From positions 569,225 to 601,164 of the forward strand of contig NW_008246085.1 of the NCBI RefSeq assembly GCF_000281045.1: DNA of 31,940 bases, given 5' to 3'. Each line of letters opens with the position of its first letter. The stretch's first letter is position 1. The stretch comes from Saprolegnia diclina VS20 (lineage: Eukaryota). Position numbers and translations under genes: made by a program. This document shows positions 1 to 9,255 of the stretch, one piece after another. A model generated the notes under the pieces. That model was not told the origin of the DNA and ran no database searches. It was given only the letters and a program-made list of their open reading frames with translations.

Positions 1-1891
1 TATTTGCGTTGTACTCATTTGGAGGCGGAGTGCGATCGCAGCTAAAAAGTCTTGGGGCGCGCCTCGAAACTGATGCACCGAGCTCAAAATGTGCTGGAAC
101 TTGAAGAGCGCGACTTCATCGCGGATCGCAGGACTCATCGAGTGGAGGACTTCGGCAATGTCGCCAATCTTGGCGTCGCGCTTGTACAGAAGGTACTTTC
201 GAATGCGGATGCGGAGGTTCTGCGGAATGTTGTTGACGTCCAAAAAATCATTGACTTCGTCCTACACCGCATGCAATAGAGACAGAGAGAGGACAGGGAC
301 GGTATACCATGCGGCGCTGGAACTCGAGCGTGTTGACGTTGAGGCCTTCGACGAGCTGGCACATGGTACCGACGACGTACGCGTAGACGCACGCACCGAG
401 AAACATCATTATGACAAACAAGGCGCGCTCCGTCGAGTTGGCCGGGTAGATATCGCCGTACCCGATCGTAGTGATGGTCTAGTCAACGTAAATGGAGCAG
501 AAGATCGTGTGGCGTGTACCATCGCAGCCCAGTAGACGGCCGCAATGTAGGCGTCGCCGATGTAGTGCTCGGGCGAGATGCTTCCAACAAGGTTGGCGGT
601 GCTCAACCACGTGGCTTGCGGGGCTGTCATGATCGCGACCAAGTACACAAAGCAAGCCATCCACTAGACACGAATACGGTCAACGACCCTAGCGTCCTAA
701 CGACGGGGGTACGTGGGTGAGGAGGAGGATGCCAGCGGCAAACTTGATGAGGCGAATCCAGCCGTACTTGATCGAGATGCGCATTTCGTAGCGCTGGAAA
801 ATGCGACTCGCGACCTGTCACAGTCTGAGGTCCAAACGTATCAATCTTTCAACTCCGTACGACGATCTTGAGGATCTTTGTGAGGCGGAACATGCGAAGG
901 AGCCGTGGCAGCTTGAGGAGGTTCGAGTTGCCGCCGCCCGACGGTAAAAAGGTCGCAAAGTAGTCAAAGGGCACGATCGAGATAAAGTCGATCGGGAACC
1001 ACGTCGAGAGGTACTCGCGCGCCCGCATTTTTGCGTCAAACTCCAAGTCGCCCTTCGGTGTGGTGTGCGGCGTCCGGAAATTGATGAAAATGTCCGTGAA
1101 AAAAATAGCGTCCGTGAGGCGGTCGACGGCGAAGAAGGGCGCCCAGTTGCTCAGGTCTTCGTATGTCCTAGCGAAGAAGCATGAGCCATTTGCATGGCGA
1201 TCGCCACGCGAACATGAGGTCGCTCAGGAACGAGAGCTGGAGCGGCAGAAAGATCGCTACGCAAGGCCCTGTTATACCGGTGACAATTGGGCGGCGACGT
1301 ACCCACGTACGACAAGGACACGATAAGGACCGCGTCCCAGAGTTTCCGAAACTGGCTGTCGGGCAAGACGACGTACTTGACGAGCTGCGCTTTTTGCTTC
1401 TTCCGGAGCGCAATGACCTCGTTTGCGACGCCAATGAAGCTGCCGAGGAGGTAGTTCTCCCACTCGTACTCGTGGTCTTCAAACTTGCTCGCACCTTCTA
1501 AGATCTGCGTATCGCGGAACCGCTTGTCGTACTCGGCCGCGTGCGACGGCCGCTTGTGTCGCTTCCGATGCGTCTCCATACTGCCCGTGGGCTTGTCGGC
1601 GCCGAGGAGCTTGCTCGCCTTGTCCGACCGCGTGCGGGATGACAGCCGGCCCTTCTCGAGCGACCGCGCCGACTGGTTGGTGAGCGGCAGCCGCAAATTG
1701 GCCCGCGAGAGCATCGGCGGCACCCGGCGCGACGAGATCGCGGTCGTCGCCTGGCGGAACGGGACGTCGTCGTGGCGGCCCTTGCTCGGGCCTTCGTGGC
1801 GGCCCTTGCTCGACGAGTCGCGCTGGCCTCTGCTGGGCGACCGCCGAGGCGAGTTCGACGACCCCCGGCGCATCATGGTGCCCGGGATCAT
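1..1891 (-). CDS. Voltage-gated, cyclic-nucleotide-regulated K+ channel (EAG/HCN/CNG-like, VIC superfamily); about 6 introns; 3' end runs off the window
   Basis: Spliced minus-strand translation gives S1 (FRKLWDAVLIVSLSYVAIFLPLQ via intron 1257-1302), S2-S3 (DAIFFTDIFINFRT...YLSTWFPIDFISIVPFD), an Arg/Lys-rich S4 (LLKLPRLLRMFRLTKILK), the pore TITTIGYGDIYP at about 445-478, then a C-linker and the start of a cNMP-binding domain. First plausible ATG is at 1891. Confidence 0.9.
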
Positions 1892-2150
1892 CGTGTCGGC
1901 GAAACTGTTGCTGCGATCGGGGGTTTCCGGACTTGAAGCCGCAATCGACAAAGTTATAATTACGCGAATGGCACTTGCACAACCGACGACTTGAAACGTT
2001 ATGACACAAACTACACTAACGTGCACGCGTTTTTTCCCTGTCCCAGACGCGCCTTGCTCTTCACCGCTGGCACCGATCGATCACTCAGGTCTTGTCCCAG
2101 CCCAATGCGCCCGTTGACGGCCTTGGCCAGCAGCATTTGCTGTTGGCACC

Positions 2151-3245
2151 ATGAATAACGATGACTGGGCGGCGCTGCTCTCGGTCGCTGATCTCTACCT
2201 CACTGACGCCCACGCCTTTGGCGTCGACTCGGCGACGCCAAGCTCGGATGTCGAGATGGCGATCGCTGCAGGCCACGCTGTGCGCCTCGTTGCCATCGCT
2301 TCGACGCTCGACGCCGAGATTGCACGCGCGCTCGCGCTGGACGACGGTGGCGACATGGTGCGCCGAGCCACCGACGTTGTTGTGGCTCTCGTGACGGCCA
2401 GCGCCGTACTGGAGGCAAGCATCCAGGTCACAGCGCTCTGCTGCGTCTGCCACCAGCAAGCGCCGTCCGTCTTTACGGCACCGTGCCGCCATGAGTACTG
2501 CGCATCGTGCTTGGCGGCGTTCCTCCAGACCGCCACGCACGACGTTTCGCTGCTTCCGCTCAAATGTTGTCGCCAGCGCTTGGACCTTGACGCAGTGCTG
2601 CGCACGGGGGTCCTTTCTGCCACGGACGCCCAGCGGCTCCGAGATCGCGCCGAAGAAAAAACAGCCGCGCGTCCCGTGTACTGCGGCAACCCTGCGTGCA
2701 CCACCGAGTTTGTTAGCGCTCGCTACGTCAATGGCACCACCGCCATTTGTCCTGGCTGCCGCACCGGCCTCTGCTCTGCCTGCTCGCGCCCGGCACACCC
2801 TGGAGCGTGCGAAGACACCGTCTCGGAAGAAGCATTGCTCGAGCTCGGCGCCCAGGAAGGCTGGCAGCGCTGCCCGCACTGCCGCCGCATGGTGGAGCTG
2901 ACCCAGGGCTGCAACCACATGACGTGCCTCTGCAGCGCCGAGTTTTGCTACGTTTGCGCCAGCCGCTGGAAGACGTGCGCATGCGCCAACTGGGACGAGG
3001 CTCGCGTCTTGCTCGCGGCGCAAGAGCGACTGGGCGCCGGGGCACCCGCCCGCGCCGTGCGGCAATTGGCCGTGCAGTTGCGAGACCGCGACGAGTGCAA
3101 TCACGAAGGGCGGTGGCGCCGCATCGATTTTCCCGAGCGGTCGCGCCGCTGTGAACTCTGCAGTCGCCTCGTCTATCTGTACACGCTACAGTGTCGTCAC
3201 TGCCAATTCCAGGCGTGTCGAACCTGTCGCGGCCGCCGCTTGTAG
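2151..3245 (+). CDS. RBR (RING1-IBR-RING2) E3 ubiquitin ligase with an extra C-terminal Cys/His-rich zinc module
   Basis: RING1 CCVC...PCRHEYCASC...CC; IBR YCGNPAC...CPGC...CSACSRPAHPGAC; RING2 RCPHCRRMVELTQGCNHMTCLCSAEFCYVC with the catalytic Cys in GCNH. Intronless 364-aa ORF. Confidence 0.92.
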   Translation: MNNDDWAALLSVADLYLTDAHAFGVDSATPSSDVEMAIAAGHAVRLVAIASTLDAEIARALALDDGGDMVRRATDVVVALVTASAVLEASIQVTALCCVCHQQAPSVFTAPCRHEYCASCLAAFLQTATHDVSLLPLKCCRQRLDLDAVLRTGVLSATDAQRLRDRAEEKTAARPVYCGNPACTTEFVSARYVNGTTAICPGCRTGLCSACSRPAHPGACEDTVSEEALLELGAQEGWQRCPHCRRMVELTQGCNHMTCLCSAEFCYVCASRWKTCACANWDEARVLLAAQERLGAGAPARAVRQLAVQLRDRDECNHEGRWRRIDFPERSRRCELCSRLVYLYTLQCRHCQFQACRTCRGRRL

Positions 3246-3532
3246 CACGATACGACCGTTCAACTGCGCTACCGCGGCGACCTCGCCAAATTGTAAATTG
3301 CAAGATGGAGATGGCCCAGCCATTAAACTCCTTTTCAAGGACGCCGGTCGGTCAGTTGAGATAGCTAACTATCTCTTCAATGAAGCTAGTGGAAAGTATG
3401 CAAAACCATTTTTTGTTAACGAGACGCGGGAAGACTGTGTCAACACTACTGACGTTGGTGATGTTTGACGACCAAGACCATTTTTCTCTGCTAACCAACG
3501 TCCTTGGACTCAGTCGCCAACGGCGTGTCATC

Positions 3533-4525
3533 ATGGACTGGGCAACACTCTCTGTGGTCATTGACTTGGCGCTGGTCGACGCCACGGACGTGGGCGTCGA
3601 GGCTGTCGCGCCGGCAAGTGATGCCGAAATGGCGACGATCACACAGCACGTCACGCAACTCGGTGAGCTCTTGCGGACCGTCGACGGGATGGTCGCCAGC
3701 GATCTCGGGGCTGGTGTTCATGATGGTGCGGTGCACGACGAGGCGGCTGCATTTGCTCATCGCTTGACATCCGTTCGCACGTTGCTGCAAGCTCGCCTCG
3801 ATGTCGGCGTCGCCTGTTGCGTGTGTCTCCACGTCCAGCCCTCGGCGTTCACGGCGCCGTGCCAGCACGAGCACTGCTTGCCGTGCTTGAGAGCGCTCCT
3901 TCTCTCAGCCACGGACGACGTAACGCGCCTCCCGCTTGCATGCTGCCAGCAGCCATGGGACCTCGACGCCATCGCGCGCACTCAGGCCTTGTGCCAAGAC
4001 GCGATGCAGCGGCTGCGCGACCGCACGGAAGAAGCGACGGCGGATCGACCGGTCTACTGCCCCAACACGGCGTGCGCGATCACGTTTGTGAGCGCGCGGT
4101 ACCTTGTGGGCACCGGGAGCTCGGTCGTGTGCCCAGGCTGTCGTCGCCGCATCTGCGTCTTATGCTCGCGCCGCATGCACGAAGGGACGTGCGACGCCGA
4201 GGCCGACGCCTCCTTGAACGCACTCGGCGCCCGGGAGGGCTGGCAGCGCTGCCCACATTGTCGCCGCATGGTCGAACTCGTCGACGGCTGCAACCACATG
4301 ACGTGCATTTGCCGCACCGAGTTTTGCTACGTTTGCGCCGGCCGCTGGAAGACGTGTGGCTGTCCGCATTGGCACGAGGCGCGCTGGTTGGCGGCCGCTC
4401 GACCGCAGCGCGCTGTTCCGCAGGCTCGTGGCGCACAGCGAATCGGCGGTGGTGCACGAGCCGAGCGGCCACGCCGTCCACCAGGCGCGATCCAGCAATG
4501 GTTTGATAATTTACACTTGGGCTAA
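3533..4525 (+). CDS. RBR E3 ubiquitin ligase, tandem paralogue of 2151-3245
   Basis: ATG 3533 (MDWATLSVVIDL) aligns with the paralogue's DDWAALLSVADL. Same RING1/IBR/RING2 motifs (GWQRCPHCRRMVELVDGCNHMTCICRTEFCYVC). Confidence 0.9.
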   Translation: MDWATLSVVIDLALVDATDVGVEAVAPASDAEMATITQHVTQLGELLRTVDGMVASDLGAGVHDGAVHDEAAAFAHRLTSVRTLLQARLDVGVACCVCLHVQPSAFTAPCQHEHCLPCLRALLLSATDDVTRLPLACCQQPWDLDAIARTQALCQDAMQRLRDRTEEATADRPVYCPNTACAITFVSARYLVGTGSSVVCPGCRRRICVLCSRRMHEGTCDAEADASLNALGAREGWQRCPHCRRMVELVDGCNHMTCICRTEFCYVCAGRWKTCGCPHWHEARWLAAARPQRAVPQARGAQRIGGGARAERPRRPPGAIQQWFDNLHLG

Positions 4526-4579
4526 AGACGCTAATTTGAGCGCGACGTCATATTTGGGTCAAAACCGACGGTGAAGCAC

Positions 4580-5994
4580 ATGGAGCGGCCGACGGTCGCG
4601 GTGCTGGGCGCGCCAAGGACTGGCAAGACGTCGCTCATCTACGCGCTCGGGCGCGGTCTCGGCGGCGACGTCACCTGTGTATCGTCGCCGACCTCATCGC
4701 TGTTTGCGTTGGGCAAAGGTGTCACAGCGCTCGAGCGGTGTCTTGATGACGTCGAAAGCGCTCTCCTGGACACGCGTCTTGTGTTTTTGGTGTTTGATGT
4801 GACGGCGCCCGAGACGTTTGCTGCCGTCGTCGCCAAGGTCCGTGCGTCACCTCGTCATGGTCTGACACGCGACAGGGCGCGGCGCTCCAGTCGCTTGACC
4901 GCACGATCGCGCTCGTGGGCACGAACGCCGACTTGATGCCGACCGATCACGACGCGGTGCTCGTCGCGTCCGAAGCGCGCATCTTCGCCTCGAGTGAGTT
5001 TGCCCTGTACGCCGAAGTGCACGCGACCCCGCCTGCTGGTCTCGACGCCCTGCTATCGCTTCTCCACGCCGCGTACGAGACTCTGAAATGAGTTGCGCTA
5101 GACGAGTTATTTATGCCTAGAATCCCGGTCAAGAAGCCGCAGGTGCGCAAAGACATTTGGCTCTACGATCCGTACGACGACAATGCGCCGCCGCGGAGCC
5201 CGACGCGCGCGATGAACGAGATTTACTTGTGCGGACGAGCCAAAGCGCTCGCGACCGAGCGTGCGATCAGTGCCAAGTACGAGCACAAGCGGTACGGGTC
5301 GCCCAAAGCGACCCGAAGCGTGGCGCCGCAACCGGCCCCGGTGCCCCGCCAAGCCCAACGCCGTCAGTCCACCGGGCGACATAGTACGCTCATGAGCGGC
5401 ACCCAAGCCAGTGTCGCGCGGGTCAAAGCCATCCAGGCGTACAAGCCGCAGCGCGAGGCGGTCGACCCAAAGATCCGAGTCCAGTGGCACCGACCGAGGT
5501 CGCCGGTTGACGAGGCGCCGGTGCCCGTGCGGCGCGTAGAGACACGGGCTGCGGTTCAAGCACGGGTCCCCACCGCCGACGCTACTGCAATCGATACAAG
5601 CTGCCACGTCATATCGGCGTCGCAGCAAAGCGAGCCGATGGAAGTTCCTGGTCCTTGCGTCGTACTTGACGTTCCGACGTTGCCTAGTACCACCACAGAT
5701 GGCGGCGACGTAGTTTCCCATATGGACCACAACGTCACGCGCTGCGGTATTAGTAGCCAGCCCGACGCGGCGAGTCCCACGCTCCCCGAGGTAAACGGCA
5801 ACGCGGACAAGACTTTCGTGGTGTCGAGTCCAGGCGTCGATTTGCCGACAGACACAGCAGAGCCGGAGCCGTCCAATACGCAAGCGGTGGACCCGGACGC
5901 GACGTTCTTCGACTTCGACGATGACGACGCCGCGGTCACATTCGACGACGACGATATTCTGGACGCGTTGGATTCGTTCCAGTTGTCCATTTAA
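4580..5994 (+). CDS. Degenerate Ras/Rab/Miro-like P-loop GTPase domain plus a long low-complexity tail (about 442 aa; introns 4838-4875 and probably 5073-5120)
   Basis: G1 is VAVLGAPRTGKTSLI, followed by a beta-strand LVFLVFDVTAPETF and, after intron 1, a G4-like IALVGTNADL. A 48-nt GTACGA...CCTAG intron removes the stop at 5089-5091 and joins in frame to the 5113-5994 ORF (A-IPVKKPQ). The alternative model is two genes 21 bp apart. Confidence 0.6.
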
Positions 5995-6498
5995 TAAGAC
6001 TACTACGGACAACTTGTCTGCTTGTGGTCTCAGTGCTAGTCCACATCAAATGCTCTGGGACGGGGTGAGCGGAATCGTCACACGCCGGAAGAACTCGGCG
6101 CCCTTTCTCGAAGCCGGATAGCGGTAGTGCGGTCACTCCGTCGCCGCCCGCGCGGCTTCGATGCGACCGCCAACGTCGCGCCTTCTTCTCGCCCGCATGC
6201 TGGCGTAGGTATGAGCTCACTGCGCCTTGTCGCGCTCAAGTATTCGCTCCGTGGGAGCTCTTGGCGAGTCTCGAGGCGTGCCTTTGTCCCAGCCAAGACC
6301 TGTTCTACCAATGCGTACTACTAGCATTACAATGGCGAGCGTTCCTTAGCTAGGTTCAGCCAGGTATGCTCTCTCTTCTTTGTGCTGGCCCACGCTTCTC
6401 GCTCTTCTGTGCTGCTGTCGATGGCAAACCACTCGCACTTAATCGGGTACCGCAAGATCGCCACATCTTGGATCGTCCATTTTTGCAGTGACACCAGC

Positions 6499-7947
6499 AT
6501 GGAAGCTCCGCTCGCGAAAGGACAGCACTACCCGTCGCTCGACCCGACGGATGCGTCGGCCATGGGCGTCAAGACCTTTGGCTCTGTTGTCGCGGTCGCC
6601 TTGACGCTCAACTTTATGGTCGGCACTGGCTGCTTTGGTCTGCCGTTCGCCTTCTCGGTTGCTGGCATTGGGCTCACGTCCATCTTTCTCATCGTTGGCT
6701 TTCTCGGAGCGCTCCTCACGATGAACTACACGCTCGAGGCCATGGCCCGCTCGGAAGGCGTGCTCTCGAGCGAGGACCCGCCGGTGAACCGCCTCACGTA
6801 CCGCAAGACCGAGTTCTCGACCATGAGCGAGCTCTTCGCCGGCAAGGCAGGGTACATAGTCGTGCAGACCGTGCTCATTTTCTACTGCATGGGGACGCTC
6901 TGGGCGTACGCGAGCATCTTTGCGTCGTCGGTCGCATCCGTCTTTCAAACGTTCGTGCTCGGCAACGTCTGCGACGTGTACGCTGCGAACGCGTCGAGCG
7001 GCTGCCTCGAGAGCTACTACGCCTTCATGGCGCTCTTCGCCGTCATGTCGATCGTGCTCGTGCTCATGGACCTCGGCGACCAAGCGAGCATCCAAAAGGT
7101 CCTCTCGGGCTACCGGCTCCTCGCCTTTGGCATCATGCTCTCGACGATCGCGTTCAAGCTCAGCGTCGACGGCGCCGACGCCATTTCGACGCGCCTCGCC
7201 GCGCGCGCGCACTGGGCATTCAACTGGCAGAGCTTTGGCGCTGGCTTTGGCCCGACCTTGCTCGCGCTCAACTGCCAATACAACATGCCGTCCGCGCTGC
7301 AGCCGCTCGAGCTTTCGCACAAGGGCCATGCGCGGCGCATCACATACGTCTCGATGACGATGGCGGCGTTCTGCTACTTCTTCCTCGGGCTCCTCGGTGC
7401 GCTCGCCTTTGACGAAGTCAACCCGCTCGCGAGCTTGATGTGGAGCTCCTTTTCCGGCTGCGGCAACGGCTGGTCGACGTGTCCGTCCGGGCAGCCGACG
7501 CTCTTTGGGTCGCTCGTGCACCTCATGGTTGTCATGTTTCCCGTCGTGAACGTCACGTCGTCCTTCCCCATGATCGGACACACGGTTGGCGGCAACATAC
7601 TCACGTCGCTGCCCAAGTCGATCACCGCACCGCTTGGGCCCGCCGGCGCCCGCGACCTCTCGCGCCTCGCGGCCGTGATCCCGCCGCTGCTTTTTGCCAC
7701 GATCTTCAAGAAGCTTGACGCAATTTTCACGTACGCAGGATTTTTGGGCTTTGGCCTCGGCCTCATCATCCCCGCGTGGCTCCAAGTCGCAGGCATCAAG
7801 CACTTTCGCTCGACGTTCCGCAATATTGAGGCGGAGAAGACGCCGTTTAGCGTCCCGGTCCTGAGCTCGCTCGCCTTTTCGACGGTCTTTCTCGGGCTCA
7901 CGTTTCTCGTGACGTTCGTGGCGCTCTTCTCGCTCGTCGGATTCTGA
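6499..7947 (+). CDS. Amino acid/auxin permease (AAAP) family transporter, TMEM104-like
   Basis: About 11 hydrophobic segments and the family N-terminal motif LTLNFMVGTGCFGLPFAF. Likely start is ATG 6499 (MEAPLAKG). Confidence 0.88.
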   Translation: MEAPLAKGQHYPSLDPTDASAMGVKTFGSVVAVALTLNFMVGTGCFGLPFAFSVAGIGLTSIFLIVGFLGALLTMNYTLEAMARSEGVLSSEDPPVNRLTYRKTEFSTMSELFAGKAGYIVVQTVLIFYCMGTLWAYASIFASSVASVFQTFVLGNVCDVYAANASSGCLESYYAFMALFAVMSIVLVLMDLGDQASIQKVLSGYRLLAFGIMLSTIAFKLSVDGADAISTRLAARAHWAFNWQSFGAGFGPTLLALNCQYNMPSALQPLELSHKGHARRITYVSMTMAAFCYFFLGLLGALAFDEVNPLASLMWSSFSGCGNGWSTCPSGQPTLFGSLVHLMVVMFPVVNVTSSFPMIGHTVGGNILTSLPKSITAPLGPAGARDLSRLAAVIPPLLFATIFKKLDAIFTYAGFLGFGLGLIIPAWLQVAGIKHFRSTFRNIEAEKTPFSVPVLSSLAFSTVFLGLTFLVTFVALFSLVGF

Positions 7948-8476
7948 GCAAGTCGACGCATTGCTCCTACCCTCCTATCCTCCTGGTTTAAGAAAGGTAG
8001 TCGCTTTAGGTAATAACGAATGACATATGTACAATTCCAGTTGACGTACATAGAGCGTTGTCGCTGCATTTCTGGGCTTAATTTCGTACCAAAAACAGCG
8101 TGGGCTGTGCTTGCGGACGTGCGATTTGCCCTATTTGGTTGCTTCATATGTGGGAGCCTTTAAAAGAAGGCCAACGGGCTCGTGGGAGGCGACCTTGATA
8201 GTTGCCGTATCCTACTTGATAGTCCACGCCGTGTCGCAGAAGACAGAGGATGCGTCAAAACGCTCGAGCGACGCTGTTCTTGGTCGCTGCTCGAGCCCAA
8301 TTGCCAGCAAGGTCCGTCGCGATGAACGCTTCCTTGGCACGGAGCATCAACCGGGCCTTCGACGCCCGACGTAGGCTCGGTCCAGGAGGCTGCCACGTCA
8401 GAAACGGCGAAATCTTTCATTATCCGGACGTCCGGAAAGCGAGACCAGGTTTCCAAATATTTGGATTTTGACGACG

Positions 8477-9127
8477 ATGAGCGACTGCGACGACCTCCTG
8501 CGCATGTTCCAGAGCATCACGACGACGGACCACGACGCGCTCATCGCGCAGTTCGGGAAGCTGCTCGCGCTGGAGCCCAAGACGAGCGCCTTCTTCCTCG
8601 AGTCCTCCAACTGGAACGTGGAGACGGCGGTCAACATGTACCTGGCGACGACGCCGGCGCCGATCGAAGACGAGCTGCCCGTGCTGCCCGACGCCAAGTT
8701 CTTGAGCGACCTCAGCGCCGCCCAGAACGCGGTCTTCCTGCCGCACCAGCAGATCACGCTGCACCTCATATTCCAGAACCATGGCCCGGTCGCATGGCCG
8801 GCTAACACGCGCCTGGCCTTTTACCAAGGCGTCCCCTTTGGCGCTGGCAACGACGTGCACATTGGCGCGATTCCGGTCGGCGAGCACACGCAGATCGACA
8901 TGGTGACGACTCTGCCAGGCGAGAGCGGTACGCACTATGGCACGTGGCGGCTCATGAGCGACGGCCTCGCGTTCGGCGACCCAGTCTGGGTCCTCTTGTC
9001 CGTCGCCGACGAGCACGCCAAGGACCTGCGCATGGACACCGGCGACCACGCAATGGAGGTCGACGACGAGATGGACGTCACTTCGCACGCATACCACGAC
9101 CATATGCAGCCCGACATGGAGCTATAG
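8477..9127 (+). CDS. ILRUN: ILRUN/C6orf106-like protein (UBA-like + NBR1 FW domain)
   Basis: The N-terminus LLRMFQSITTTDHDALIAQFGKLL...AFFLESSNWNVETAVNMY matches the ILRUN UBA-like domain. NBR1-like segment FQNHGPVAWP...PGESGTHYGTWRLMSDGLAFGDPVWVLLSV. Confidence 0.85.
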   Translation: MSDCDDLLRMFQSITTTDHDALIAQFGKLLALEPKTSAFFLESSNWNVETAVNMYLATTPAPIEDELPVLPDAKFLSDLSAAQNAVFLPHQQITLHLIFQNHGPVAWPANTRLAFYQGVPFGAGNDVHIGAIPVGEHTQIDMVTTLPGESGTHYGTWRLMSDGLAFGDPVWVLLSVADEHAKDLRMDTGDHAMEVDDEMDVTSHAYHDHMQPDMEL

Positions 9128-9255
9128 CGTCGATCTCGTAGCACCATTTTGTACGCCAACCAACTTTACATTCATGATACTCGCTTCTCTCTGCCTGCTA
9201 CAGTCCCAACTCTGCAGTGGGCGGAGGTGCAGTATGAAAGGAGCACGCCCATGTT

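Noticed and set aside
5995..6498. Small ORFs on both strands, and the 6382 upstream extension of the transporter
   Set aside because: Non-ATG starts and no homology cues; ATG 6499 fits better.
6439..7803. 454-aa minus-strand ORF (and similar ones at 2085-3104, 5107-6012, 17037-18107, 26628-27677, 29898-30989)
   Set aside because: Each mirrors a well-supported gene on the opposite strand, with R/G/V-rich shadow composition.
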